NCBI GenBank assembly: GCA_030704615.1
Contig: CM060734.1
Coordinates: 12,958,001 to 13,022,000, forward strand
Source of the DNA: Takakia lepidozioides
Lineage: Eukaryota > Plantae > Bryophyta
Length of the DNA stretch: 64,000 nucleotides
Direction of reading: 5' to 3'
Position numbers and translations under genes: made by a program. The notes below the pieces were generated by a model, which saw only the letters and a program-made list of their open reading frames with translations, did not search any database and was not told where the DNA came from. This document shows positions 35,343 through 48,739 of this stretch, in pieces. Within the stretch, counting starts at the first letter, position 1. The number at the start of each line of letters is the position of its first letter.

Positions 35343-38300
35343 TCATTTCCACGGTGATTTGAGCTTAGAAGCTTGAATCTTTCCTTTCTTCTGCAACCAT
35401 AGAACCAAATCCCCCGTCTTAAAAGTCTTTAACTTGCCTTCATCAAACTGTTCCTTTCGCTTCATCTGAATTCTGGTCATATTATCAGCTGCATCAGCAC
35501 GTACTTCTTCCACATGGTATAATTCATGTTTCCTGACCTTGATGGAGTCTTGCAATTCCATTCTTTTTCCCCACTCCGTTCTCATGGTAGGTAACAGGAA
35601 TTCCACTGGAAGTAAGGCTTCCATACCATAAACTAATTGGAATGGTGTATACTTAGTTGTGACTTTATATGAAGTCCTGTATGACCACAAAGCTGTCAGC
35701 AGCTTTGTATCCCAATCCGTTCTGTTTGCATTGACTATCTTAGCCAAGATAGTACATAGTATTTTGTTGGTAGCCTCTGCCTGCCCATTACCCTGTGGGT
35801 AATATGTTGTACTCTTTCTATGCACAATCATAAACTCTTTAGTCAACAACTCAATGGTCTCATTCATGAAGTGACTTCCTTGATCACTGATAAATTCTAA
35901 GGGACATCCAAATCGTGTAAGTATGTTCTCGTACAGGAACCTTGCTGTGGACTTGGCTGTGTTGTCCCTCAAAGCTTTAGCTTCCACCCACTTTGTAGTA
36001 TAATCAGTGGCTGTAATTATGTACCTGTTTCGTGTATTCTTGGATGGTGGATTAATTGGTCCAACAAAGTCTAGTCCCCATTTCTGAAATGGTTCCGTAG
36101 GCATTGTAGGATGCAAGGCCATTCTTCCAGATCTCTGCAAAGGTCCTAGCCTCTGACATTCATCACACTTCTGACAATACTCATGTACATCTTTGAACAA
36201 AGTAGGCCACCAGTATCCTGCGAGTAGTATCTTTCTACTGGTAGTCGCTTCTCCAAAATGACCTCCAGCCACTCCTTTATGAACTTCCTCCAAGACTTTA
36301 TTTACTTCATGGTGGTACAAGCATCGTTTTAGTACTCCATCAGGTCCTAACTTATACATTCTGCTTCCTACCATAGTATAAGGTAAAGCTCTGATAGCAA
36401 TTCTCTTCCTCTGCTCCTTGCCATAACTAGGTGGGCACTGACCATGAGCAAGGTAGTATCTGATTGGCCACTGCCAATCTAACCATTCATCTGCACTTCC
36501 TTGCACCTCCATTACAAATAAACTCGCATCAGGTAACTGATCGTCCACTCCTGTGGCGGCCTCTCCTGTTGTTAGTCGTGACAAATGATCTGCCACAAGA
36601 TGCAAACGGCCAGGCTTGTAAATAACCTCGAACTCAAACTCATGCAAGATTATTAACCACCTCGCTATCCTTCCACTTATCAAAGGTTTGTTCACCAGAT
36701 ATATCAGAGCCTGGTGATCCACATAAAACATAAACTTTCTTCCCAATAGGTAATGCCTGAATTTCTTGACTGCATAAATCATTGCCAATGCTTCTCTTTC
36801 CGTTGTACTATAGTTCCTCTCAGCACTGTTCATCAATCGGCTAGCATAGTACACAGGTGAATCTATATTTCCTGTAACATTCTGGGCTAACACCGCACCC
36901 AACGCTTCTCCTGATGCATCGCAGTGAACATGAAATACTACATGCCAGTGAGGGTTAATCAGCACAGGTGTAGTTGTTACTGACAGTGTAAGTTCCTCAA
37001 ACGCCTGTTGACATTCAGCTGTCCAGGCAAACACTGCATCTTTCTTCAGAAGCTTGCTCAATGGTGCTGCTATTTGTGCATACCTTTTGACAAATCTTCT
37101 GTAATAACTGGTTTGCCCAAGGAATCTCCTTAAACTCTTAACATTCACTGGTGGTGGAGAGACTTTAATGGACTCTGTCTTCCTGGGATCCACAAGAAGT
37201 CCCTTCTTACACACAATGTGTCCCAGAAGCACCCCTGAGTTCACACAGAAAGTACACTTCTCTGGATTCAAGCCCAGACCTCTCATCCTGCATCTGGCCA
37301 GGCATAACTCCAATTTATGCAAGTGCTCATTCTTAGAGCTGTACACACTGAAATCATCCAAGAATACCTGCATGAAATCATCCAGATACTCATGAAAAGA
37401 TTCACTTATCACTCTCTGAAAGGTCGCTGGTGCATTACAAAGTCCAAAGGGCATGACTTTGTATGCATAAGCCCCTCAGTGTGTGATGAAAGCTGTTTTC
37501 CCTTGGTCTTCTTCTGCCACTTGCACTTGATTATAACCACTGAAGCCATCCATGAATGAGTACATCTCATGGCCTGCCACAGTGTCTAATACTGCTTCTG
37601 TGAATGGCAAAGGGAAAGGATCTTTCTTCGTACAAGCATTCAGCTTCTTATAGTTCACACATACTCTCAGTTTGCCATTCTTCTTGGGAACTATAACAAT
37701 GGGTGACAACCAAGTTGTATACTCTATTGGGTATATAAACTTAGCCTCAGCCAACTTCTTTATCTCTTCTCCAACCTTCTGTGCGTAGTTGGGATTCATT
37801 CTATACCTCGCCTGCTTGATTGGTACTGACCCTGGTTCCAGTTCAATCTTATGCTGACAGACTTCAGGTGGTATCCCTTTTAGATCCTCATAGCTCCAAG
37901 CAAATACATCTCTGTATTTGATGAACAAGCTTTTAGCTTCTTCGAAGAATTCCGGCTCCAAATCAGCTCCTACTTTTACCATCCTCGGTTCCTCCTGAGT
38001 TCCCACATTTACTTCTCTCACCTGCTCATCAGCTGTGATTGTCCAACCAGTCACCACTTCATCCTTTAAGCTCACAGTGGCTGGTTCTTCTAGGATTTCT
38101 ATCTCTCCCTCCTTTTCTTCATAGAAATGTGGTGGGTAACTGCTGGTTTCCTCTTCAATTGGTGTTGCCGACACTACACCACAGCAGATACCTCTTAAAC
38201 AACTTAGGCTTTCCAGCCGCATCTCCGCAACCTGCTCCCATTCTGGGTGTGCAGCAAATAGGGTAGCTTCCTGCTCCTCATCCAGTCCTCCTCTCCAGTC

Positions 38301-40974
38301 ATACTCTCTGACTCCTCGAGGTCTTCTTGTAGCAGGTAATCTACTAGATTTCTTTGTGGTAATTTGTATCTCGTGCATCCCATTATGCACAGTTAGTAAC
38401 TGAGAATTCCAGTCATGGAATACCCTGGCCTGTTTCAGCCATGGACGTCCCAATAATAAGGAGTAAGCCTCCATGACTTCATCCATTTTTAATACAGTTA
38501 CTGTGATCATAAAGATCATTTTCTGTATCTGTATCTTAACTCCTCTTATTAATCCCAATGGCTATACACTTCTTTGATCTGCCATTGTTACTGTAAATGG
38601 GGCTGGTTTCATGTTACTTAGACCAAGCTTCTTCCTTAATTGGTCTGTCATGATATTTACTCCAGAACCACCATCTATCAGTACATCAGTTAGTTCTGTG
38701 CTTCCAATTCTCAATTGGATTACTGGCATAGAATCATCAAAGTCCATGACTGGTTCTCGCCCTTCCGGCTTCACATTATAACTGGTCACCTTGCTGTTCA
38801 GGTCTGTGTTTCCTGTCTCTTGGGCAATTCGATTGATTGCCTGATACAGCCTGTGCCTACAATAAGGTGCCACAGCTAATAGCTGTCCAATGGTAATTTC
38901 TGCTTTGGTCTGACATATTACTGCAGCCAAAGTCTCTTCATTACTTTGCATGTCTGCATCTTCTTTTTTCCTTTCTTCCTCACTCCCTTCTTTTTCTCCA
39001 TCCGAATCAGAGGAATCTGCCACAGGAATATCAGTACTCTTTTGCATTTCCCTTATAGTATCTGCCACTTCCTTGTGCAGTTCCTTCTCATCTTTCCAAG
39101 TCTCTTCATCTTCAGGCATATCATTGCCACTTCCAGTCTCATCTTCTTCCTCTTCTACTGGAGGTATTAGTTTGGCTTTACTTCTTGTTACTATCATTGT
39201 ACTTACTTCTGGTACAACACATGGCCTAACCATGTGAGCTGCCACCACTGGGCCCTCATTCACAGGAGCTCTCATCTCATTCTGGTGTCTTATCCAGAAT
39301 GAACAGGCTGCCTTGCGATGTCCTGGCTGATTACAATAGTAACATAGCTCTTCACCATTGGGTCCTCGCCCTTGGTCTGTTCTTGGATTATTTCTATAAT
39401 CCTGATTCCCGGGCTGGTAATTCCCCCTTGGGTTACCCTGATAGTTGCCTCTGGAATTCCCTTGGTAATTCCCTCTTGAATTACCTCTTCCTTCCATGCC
39501 ATTGTTATAACCACCAGACCTACCATAGTGGTCCTGATCATTATTTCTTCTTGGCTGGGGCTGCACCTGATGCACCCTTACTTGCCTAGGTTCTCTTGCA
39601 GCTGTCCTTCTGTTGTAGTAACAATTCTCAGTAGAATGGTTATCCATTTTACAGATAGTACAGTGTTTCTCCTTCATGTGGCATTCTGTGGTGGTATGGC
39701 CTTCATTCTGGCATTTTGCACACCATACACCCTTCCTCCAATGTGTTGCAGCCTCTGTGGCATACTTCTTCAAGATTTCTTCCAATTTTTTTTCATAGTT
39801 ATCCCTCTTCAACTTCTCCTTTCTCTTCAACAGTTTCATGCTTCTTCTGCTTCAGCTGTTGTAAACTTCCATACACTTCATCCTCAGTTTTACTTGTCCT
39901 GAACCTATTTCGAAATGCTGTATTCAAGCCATTCCAGGTTAGGAAATGATTATCAGGGAATCTTGCATACCATTCACTTGCTTTCTTGATAAGTGAACAA
40001 GGAAACAGTCTCATCTTGGCATCATCGCCATTCTCATTGTTCACTATACACATGTGCTCAAATTGGCTAATGTGTACATCGGGATCCCCTTTTCCTGAAT
40101 ATATTGGAAAGGGTGGTTTTGCCCGTGTTGGTTGTAACGCCATCTGTGGCCCTTCCTTCTGCCCACTGGCAGGTGCTGGCACCCTTGCTGGTGCTGGTCC
40201 TTCTGGACCTGTTGTTTTTGTGGTGGATCTTCCACCAAGTGGTGGCCCTTGAGCACTCCTTGCTTCTGGTCCCACGATATTCACAGTATTCCCAGCTTCA
40301 GTTGCACTACTTCCCACACTCCCTGTCCCCCCAGAGCCAGATCCAGGCAGCCCGCCTGATCCCCCTGAGCCGACACCTTCGTTGGCCTGTGATCCAAGTG
40401 CTCCACTTGATCCAGGTCCAACGGGTTGGGATGTCCTGGTTGTAGTCTCAACCTCAGCTGTTGGGTCTACTTCTTCATATTCTTCCTCTTCTAATTTCTT
40501 CTCTCTGTTTTCATCCTCCAAGTTCTGCCCTTGGGTTTCTTCTTCACTCATGTAACTCAACTGTAATGGTGTTGGAGAGTCTGAACTCTCCGTTGGCTCT
40601 GCCACATCCTCTTCTCCTTCTTCATCTTCTGCTTCAGAAACTGGAGTTCCTGCTTTTGGTGTTCCATGCCAACTCTTATCAAAGATTTCTGTCAAGTCTT
40701 TTATCCAAGGATGTACCTCAGATCTTTCTCCTCGTGATTGATCTTCTTCCTGTACCAATTCCCTTAATCTTTCTTGCAAAGAAACAGAAGGAGTGGCATC
40801 CAACTCTAGTTCTTCCGGTATAGGTGATGCACTTTTTGATCTTGATGGTGTGAGAGGTCCAGATGATTCCCCTATGTCTATTCCTCTCTCCCAAAGATAT
40901 GGATAATTAGCTTTCAGATAGCTTTCTCTTTTTGATGAATATCTTTGTCGTCTAGCTTCTCTTTCATCACTCAT
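35343..40974 (-). pseudogene. Family B gag-pol (Gag CCHC, PR, RT, RNase H, integrase) with stops and a 266-bp gag deletion
   Basis: CYYCNQPGHRKAAC, LIDGGSG, FLDDFSVY, HCDAS...YSTTERE, GGHF...CDEC, WGLDFVGP, FISDQG, NGQAE. The deletion corresponds to 63367-63632 of the third copy. Confidence 0.95.
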
Positions 40975-40995
40975 GTCCCATGTCTTTCATTTCTT

Positions 40996-41691
40996 TTAAT
41001 GTGGCAATAACCAAAACTCTCTTCTGTAATATCTCTCGTATATGCCTGGGTTTCTTTCAAGCTTCAATGCACCCTTGGCTATACTTGAAATCTCCGTTAC
41101 CATATAACCATATGGCAAACAAGTCTGAAAAGCTGTTCTTGGTGTGAGTTTGATCCACAAAATATCCTTTGGAATCCAATTCTTTACCAGTACAAGCTCT
41201 TCATGCATATGAGTATAAACATTCACCTTTCTTTCTTCCCAGCCTTCAAACTCTACTCGTTTAATGGATAGCAACGCTATCACATAAACTAATGTTGGTA
41301 ACCAACGTGCTCTTCCTCTACAGGCTACCTGATAAATCTTTATCACTCCTTTCTCCAGACCCCATTCTGGATCAGCATCATGCACTCGTTTAAGAATATT
41401 TTCTTTACATCCGTCTGGCAATTCCAAGAACCTTTGAAAGAATTGTTTGGACAATCTTTCTTCCTTCGTTCCACAGGGAATTTGATTCACTTCAAATTCT
41501 TTAATGGTCCAACCACCATGATCCCACCAGATGCCTGTCACATCTGGTTGTTCATGTCCCAGGTCCCCAGTATGGTCGCCAAATGTCGCGCGGCTTTTAC
41601 TCACCCATCCCTTCGCTATCCGAGGCGGAAACTCCAAGATAGAAGAGTTGGAAATCTCTAAGTACTCAGCCCGCGCAGAACAATCAGTCAT
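40996..41691 (-). CDS. Family B ORF0 (231 aa) starting inside the LTR and reading through the PBS
   Basis: Open from the ATG 108 nt inside the LTR end, through the PBS, to a stop 22 nt before the gag ATG. The LTR-encoded part is codon-conserved in the old copy at 9927-10034. Confidence 0.6.
   Translation of the reverse strand: MTDCSARAEYLEISNSSILEFPPRIAKGWVSKSRATFGDHTGDLGHEQPDVTGIWWDHGGWTIKEFEVNQIPCGTKEERLSKQFFQRFLELPDGCKENILKRVHDADPEWGLEKGVIKIYQVACRGRARWLPTLVYVIALLSIKRVEFEGWEERKVNVYTHMHEELVLVKNWIPKDILWIKLTPRTAFQTCLPYGYMVTEISSIAKGALKLERNPGIYERYYRREFWLLPH
41566..41581 (-). promoter_or_regulatory. Primer-binding site of family B (tRNA-Arg(UCG)-like)
   Basis: TGGCGACCATACTGGG lies 2 nt after the LTR CA and is complementary to a tRNA 3' end ...CCCAGUAUGGUCGCCA, similar to plant tRNA-Arg(UCG). 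Confidence 0.8.
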
Positions 41692-42596
41692 GACCTACAG
41701 CTAGTGTATCATGGGGGTGTTTCATATGCATTTCCCTTTTTGCATTCATCTTAGCTACCTTTGGCATTGATAATTAAGTATCAGTTTGCTTCATCAATCT
41801 ATCGGTTTCCTTCACTCATCCATTCAATCCACGGCTTCTCTCAGATCTCTCTACACAGTGTGATTGTATCGTATAAGTATCAGATTATGATTTATCAGGT
41901 ATCAGGCCGAAGTCATTATGTCTCTATTCTGCTCTCCAATATCACTACAGCTTTGCATATAACAAGCATCTACTAATCCTCTTTCCTCCTTCATTGTGCT
42001 CTCCATCTCTTGCTCCGATCTCCGCTCCTGCCTGACTCCGAAGTCCCCCCCCTTCATTCCCCGTTTCTCCCTTTTATCCTCCTATCCGCGGTTCTAACCG
42101 TTTCCCTCTCTAACCGTCGTCTGTGAACTAACATGTTCCCTTCACAGGTGTTGTTCCCCACAGTCGTTCCCTATTATCGTGACAGCTGTGTCAAGCGGTG
42201 ACTGGCTGTGTTTGGCTGTGTCGGGCTGTGACTGGCTGTGTGGCTGTGCCGGGCTGTGACTGGCTGTGTGGGCTGTGTCTGCTGTGACGACTGTGACGGG
42301 CTGTGTGGGCTGTGACGACTGTGACGGGCTGTGTTGGCTGTGTGTTGGCTGTGTGGCCTGTGACTGCTGTGACGACTGTGACGGGCTGTGTGGGCTGTGA
42401 CGACTGTGACGGGCTGTGTTGGCTGTGTGGCCTGTGACTGCTGTGACGACTGTGACGGGCTGTGTGGGCTATGTAACCCCCCTCTATAGTGTGCTGCTGT
42501 CACCCCTAAGGCTCCTGTTGGTCTCAGTCTGTGCAAAAATTAAGGGTACCCTACAGATCCCGTATAAGTGTCTAAGTCCCCTACAGTCCTCTAACA
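41584..42596 (-). repeat. Family B 5' LTR (1013 bp, TG...CA) with internal CACAGC(C) minisatellite
   Basis: TGTTAGAGG...CCGCGCGACA on the minus strand, followed by the PBS. Confidence 0.95.
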
Positions 42597-42656
42597 TATG
42601 ACACAGCCTGTCACAGCTCAACACAGCCTACTAAAATTACACGAACCATAGAATCA

Positions 42657-45600
42657 GTGACAAGTGGACACATAAAAACTTCAGGAAAATGGATGACGGA
42701 AGAGGAAACGGAAATTACTTTAAAAATAGACACGTGGAGGTCAGGGTGCGACACACAGCAGAGAATGAAGTGCAAGGACAGGTGTCAAAAAGAAAGAGGA
42801 AAAGAACGGCCGTCAAATGGGATGAAAGGCGGGCCCATTAATGAATACGGAAAAAGGGAAACAGATCGAACGGCAAGTACAGAAAAGCTGAATTCATGTC
42901 GCATGTGTGATCCTAGTGGACTATCCAACAGGGAAAGTCCACTAAAGAAGATAAAAGTTAAAATCCAGTCACAGCAAATACAGCCAATAGAAAACCAGAG
43001 AAATGATCAAGAAAATGAAAGAAAATTGGGCGCAAGAGGCGGCGTCGTTCTGAGTAACGGGCGTCTCGACAGGACAGGCCATAAATGCTATAACTTGGAA
43101 ACTATGGAGGAACTAACCAACTATACGCTCGCAATATTACTTACGCAATGGCATAGACACGAAACGACAGAGCAGAGCTTTTCTCTTGAACAATGCTTGC
43201 AAGCCCCGCAGGCTTACAAGAGATTACCCATAGCTTTCTGCGGCAACCATACGTTTCTGCTTTGTGCACTACAGGCATTCCTGCAGTTGTTACAGCCAAA
43301 GCAGTTCTGTGAGTCTAAGATGAAGAGAGTGAGAGGAATGGAGGAAATCAGGGTGAAGAGCACCACAATTCTGCAGAAACAAACAATGGCTACCCCACAG
43401 GCGATAAAGATACTGGAGGAGCTGAGATTGGAAGGATTGCAAAGTCTAGATTGGACACTACACCATAGACAGTACATGTTACAATTTTTGCAGAACTTTG
43501 AGCCAAGGACAGGAACAACAACGGTGAAGGGAGTTGAATTAATGCTTACTCCCCTATACCTCCAGCAATTGTTTCGATTGCCAACAGGTCAGGTGCATGT
43601 GGGGGAACACAGGGCAAGACTACAAATAGGGGACTTATTCCAAGAAGGGAGTTTCTTTAAAACTCAGGGTTATGCTTGTACCAAAGCTGTGTACCCAGGG
43701 TTAAGAGAGATAGGCCAGGTATTGAACGTTCTGTTTGCCCTGAAACAGAACCAACAATATTTGAGCAGATCCTTCACAGAGGAAATACTCAAAGGCCTGA
43801 AGGGACAAGAGGTACAATGGGCGGACATTATGTACAACGCACTAGTAGAGGAGATGAAAAGATTACAAGGTACTACCGCAAAGTCTCCTATCATAGTGTC
43901 TGGCCCAATCATTGCTCAAATAATCCTTAATTCTGGCATACTTAATGCACAAGAAAGGAAGGAAATGGGAGTGTTTGAGCCAGAAACAACTGCAATGGAA
44001 GAGCAAGGCTCTTCACACAGTGAGGGTGGACTAGCAGCACAACCCGAGACTAAGATGCAGAGAAGGGGAAAGACTGTAGTGGCGGATCCACTGGCTTCAC
44101 GGATTCCGCATGATAATGTTTCCCAAGCTCATGACCAGGAAGGGGCACAGCAGCACAAAAGAATGTTATTACTGGAAGCAGGACCTTCAGAGAGGGAGGA
44201 GGAAGTTACTTCTGCATCACAGCCAACACAGCCACTTGAACGACTTGTCACAAGGTCACAAGTTATCCATGCAGCTCAACCCGAAATAATTGATTTGGAA
44301 AGTGAAGGGATAGAGATTCCAACTACAGAGCAGATAGTGGCAGAAATAGAGAAAGGGGACCTTCTCTATGAATATTCTGGTCTGGTCAAGGAGACAGAAA
44401 TCCCAGAGGTGCAACAGTTGCCCAAGGGAAATCCTGAGGTGCATATAATGCACACACCTGTGTTGGAGGTACCACAGGCGGAAGGTCATGACACTGTAAC
44501 ACCAGTCATAGATGAAGTAGTTCAGGAAGAAAATCCGGTGGGACAATGGCCTGAATGGTTAGTGAGACATCATACTGTTGAAGATCGGGAGGAACAGCAG
44601 CAACCTCACCATGATGACCCTCAACAGGCAATGCTGATGAGTTCCATAGGCAGGACACTTAATTTGTTGGGGACTTATGTCAAATCCCATGTTCCAATTA
44701 CCCAATTGACAGCCTTGAAAAGAGGAACTCAGGAAGGAGTTTGAGGCTCGACTTGCCACTGAGTGTGCAAACAAGGTCGATGAAGAGGTCACTCTCAAGA
44801 TGAAGCAGGACTTGGGCAATACAGAAATGGCTTTGCAGTTGGCCAAGCAACAACTGATTGAGGCAAACCTCACGCAAGACCAGTTGCACGAAGCACATAA
44901 GCAACAGCTATACCAAATGCAGGTGCAGCATGAAAGCAAGTTGCAAGAACTGAATGCACTACATACGGAGTTGCAGACAGTGCATAACAGGATGGAGATA
45001 CAATGTGCTACAATTACAACTATGCTTGACCAATCAACAAAAGAAATAAACAGTCAAGCGGAAAAATGTACGAAGGCAGAAGAAGAGAATGTTGAGCAAA
45101 TGAAGCTCATTGTCGATATGAAGAATACAATCTGTCGCCATGAAGATACTTTCAAGCAATACAGGCAGAGGGAAGCTGATCAAGAGAAACACATCGTGGA
45201 GTTGCAACAAACCATCGTGGCCAATAGAAATGAAATCGCGGTCAGTAACAAGGCTTCGAAGGAAGCCAATAATCTACTTGCTGCCTATGCGCAATTGGTT
45301 GAGCCACAGGCGAAGCGCATGGAGGCTTTACAACAGCAGTTGGAATTGTACAAGCTAAGAGAAGAGCAAACTCTCAGGGGAACCACAAGCAGCTTGGTGG
45401 ATAACAGCCTTATGCAGGTCTGGTTAGCACAAGGGCCAGTAGAGGGCAAAAGCCCACGGAAACTCACCCAAAGCGAGATGAATGAGCTCAGACTGCAGGT
45501 GCAGAACATTGCCACAACTACTATAGACAATGTCTATAGTAGGATAGCAGAGTTACAAGAGGATGTAGACGGACTCCAGACTCAAGTGGAAGACCTCACT

Positions 45601-46872
45601 TCAAACATCGACCAAAGAGTCTATATCCCTCAAGAACAGCTAATGGCTTCTTATTTGCAAGCCAGAACTCTGGCTTTTCAGTCTTCACAGGAGGTGCAGG
45701 AAATGCCAATGATACAGGAGCCAGTACCACCACCACCACAACAGGTCACTGTACCAATAGCTGAACCTGGGGTTACTACAACCACACCACAGCCACCACA
45801 GCCGGAGGTATGGGGCAATGCCGCTTTTAACCCACCTAAAACTCCAGCTGCAAGGGAGTACAGCAGGGCTATGCTTATGCCCTTCAACCAAATTCCCATC
45901 ATGTTGGATTTGGCTTGGAAAGAATTTAGTCCTCCGTAGTCATTCGCACATTACTACCAAATCATGCGTATTTGGCTGCCAGTGGCAACTAGGACTAAAG
46001 TTCTTCCAAACAATCGACATATTGAAGATCATCACTTTGCACAATACTGGCACGAGGCAGGTACCATGTTGAGGGAATTGGTTGCTTTCCAGGTTGTACA
46101 TGGACTCATTTATACCAAGACCAAGGAGATAGCAAGTATTGTCATGGGGTGCGGGCTATACTACGCTGCTTGTTTTCTGGTACGTTACCACATTGAGCAA
46201 CAAAAGATGCAAACACGCTTTCAAAGTTACTCCAGTGGAGATCATTGGGTATTACCTTCGGTGCCACCTCATATATACCTATATGACCCAAAAGTTATGA
46301 TGCAGAAGGATTCTCAAATTCGTTCATGATTTCAAGCAGCCTGCAACCAATTGTCAACACAGAAATTCGGACTTGATGACATTTTCTATAAGGGACATGT
46401 GGCATGGAAGTACTTGCACGCTGCACCAGTAATTGGTACCCCACTCATCTGGACAGACAAGGAGCTCAGTGCCTACACCAATTTTGCTGTTCAGCGGTTA
46501 CACCAAGTTGTAAAATACAAACTTCCAGACATGGTAGGACAGCATTGTATGCCCCAGATGATTCCACAAAAAGTTCGAAAATTAAAACACCTGAGAGGCG
46601 ATGAGGATTCTGATACAATTGTTTCTTCACACAATTCTTTTGACATGGGAGAAGACTATGCAATTCAGATGGAAGAGAAGAAACAAAGGGGATCTCCTAT
46701 GCCGGAAAGATTACCTCGATATCAACCTCCAGAAGGCCTCACTTATCCAGGTAGTGATCAACCATCTCCATCAACCAGAGACAGACCTCGGGCTCGTACA
46801 CACAGCCCACCACGAAACTCTCAACGTCAACAAGGTGCTCACTCACAAAGGTTTGCTACTCGGAAACAGTAA
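42657..46872 (+). pseudogene. Family B 3' extra ORF (~1400 codons; Athila/SIRE extra-ORF-like segment plus long coiled coil), one frameshift and two stops
   Basis: Colinear ORFs 42657-44744, 44800-45939, 45964-46329 and 46351-46872 end just before the PPT. Homologous segments occur at 7245-9290 and 57551-58470. Confidence 0.8.
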
Positions 46873-46893
46873 ACCGTGAGGACACGGCTTTTT

Positions 46894-47828
46894 GGGGGGA
46901 AGGGGTAATGTTAGAGGACTGTAGGGGACTTAGACACTTATACGGGATCTGTAGGGTACCCTTAATTTTTGCACAGACTGAGACCAACAGGAGCCTTAGG
47001 GGTGACAGCAGCGCACTATAGAGGGGGGTTACATAGCCCACACAGCCCGTCACAGTCGTCACAGCAGTCACAGGCCACACAGCCAACACAGCCCGTCACA
47101 GTCGTCACAGCCCACACAGCCCGTCACAGTCGTCACAGCCCACACAGCCAGTCACAGCCCGGCACAGCCACACAGCCAGTCACAGCCCGACACAGCCAAA
47201 CACAGCCAGTCACCGCTTGACACAACTGTCACGATAATAGGGAACGACTGTGGGGAACAACACCTGTGAAGGGAACATGTTAGTTCACAGACGACGGTTA
47301 GAGAGGGAAACGGTTAGAACCGCGGATAGGAGGATAAAAGGGAGAAACGGGGAATGAAGGGGGGGGACTTCGGAGTCAGGCAGGAGCGGAGATCGGAGGC
47401 AAGAGATGGAGAGCACGATGAAGGAGGAAAGAGGATTAGTAGATGCTTGTTATATGCAAAGCTGTAGTGATATTGGAGAGCAGAATAGAGACATAATGAC
47501 TTCGGCCTGATACCTGATAAATCATAATCTGATACTTATACGATACAATCACACTGTGTAGAGAGATCTGAGAGAAGCTGTGGATTGAATGGATGAGTGA
47601 AGGAAACCGATAGATTGATGAAGCAAACTGATACTTAATTATCAATGCCAAAGGTAGCTAAGATGAATGCAAAAAGGGAAATGCATAGGAAACACCCCCA
47701 TGATACACTAGCTGTAGGTCATGACTGATTGTTCTGCGCGGGCTGAGTACTTAGAGATTTCCAACTCTTCTATCTTGGAGTTTCCGCCTCGGATAGCGAA
47801 GGGATGGGTGAGTAAAAGCCGCGCGACA
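46894..47828 (+). repeat. Family B PPT (46894-46905) and 3' LTR (46909-47828, 920 bp)
   Basis: GGGGGGAAGGGG-taa-TGTTAGAGG...GCGCGACA. Shorter minisatellite than the 5' LTR. Confidence 0.95.
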
Positions 47829-48269
47829 GTAGTGGCAGAGGGATCCTCGGATTTGAGGGTCAAGACTGCCACGGCTGCGCCCTGGCAAGCTGCAGCTGCC
47901 AAGTTGACGGAGCTGCCAGCTAGGCCAGCCTTTGAGCGCGCCATGGTGACATCTGGAGTTGTCTTGTTAGACAACCAGGATGGCATTTTCTCTTTGAGTG
48001 GACCGGCAGGCAAGAAGTACCGGCCACTGCGGGTCTTGTTGGACTCGGGAGCTAAGCCACTGATGTTGGGTAGGGCTGCTATTGCAGGTTTGGGCCTCAT
48101 GGAGGCGGATATGGAGCCTTGTCCTTTCCAGATACAGACATCTCTGGGAGGATCAGAGCAGGCTCGGGGCATGACTCAGTTGGCCATTAGACTGCAGCCG
48201 GATCACCCTACAGATGGCTCAGTGATGCGAGCCAAGGCCATTGTGACAGACGCGGTCTCTTATGATGTC
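47829..48269 (+). repeat. 441-bp direct duplication of element A protease region (copy of 33720-34160)
   Basis: Constant offset of 14109 bp. The only difference I noticed is C/T at 34154/48263. Confidence 0.95.
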
Positions 48270-48739
48270 CTCGTGGGTGGGGCAGTGTTATACCCCATGG
48301 GCTTCACCCTGGACTTTTGGGAGGAGTCAGCATTCTAACAGGCCCCTGATGGCAGTACAGCAGTCAGGGGATGGTCAATCGTGCACAGCTCCCTGTGACT
48401 TCATTGGGGGTTTGCGGCTACCCAACGGGGCAAGAATGCCAACCCTAGCCACCTTTACAGCTGCGTTAGTTGGCCTGAGAGTTGCTGGGAAGGCAATGCC
48501 CATGCAGAGGAATATTGTCACCCACCTCCAGCAGAGCAGGATGATATGCATGGTATGGTGGAGTGGCCTGCCTGGTTGCTCCACACTCCATTGTGGGGTA
48601 ACGCAGGATTTGCAGCAGTTGCTGATGCGACGGGTGCACAAGCCTGTGTAGAGGCTTTGTACCGTCAGGGAGAGGAGAGGTGGGTATTGCACCAGGAGCA
48701 CCTCAGTTGTCACCATTGGATACCACACACTATTATTGT

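Larger units (their letters stand above)
34160..47828. mobile_element. Rearranged family B gypsy element (non-chromovirus, Athila/Phygy-like): inverted 5' half (34160-42596) joined to sense 3' half (42597-47828)
   Basis: Three LTR copies: 34180-~34998 (- strand, partial), 41584-42596 (- strand) and 46909-47828 (+ strand). One gag-pol (-) and one 3' extra ORF (+). The unrearranged order is visible in the copy at 57551-64000. Confidence 0.9.

Noticed and set aside
42657-46872. True envelope gene, or an antisense ORF of the retrotransposon
   Set aside because: No clear signal peptide or transmembrane anchor was seen. The apparent antisense orientation is caused by the inversion; the third copy shows it is sense to pol.
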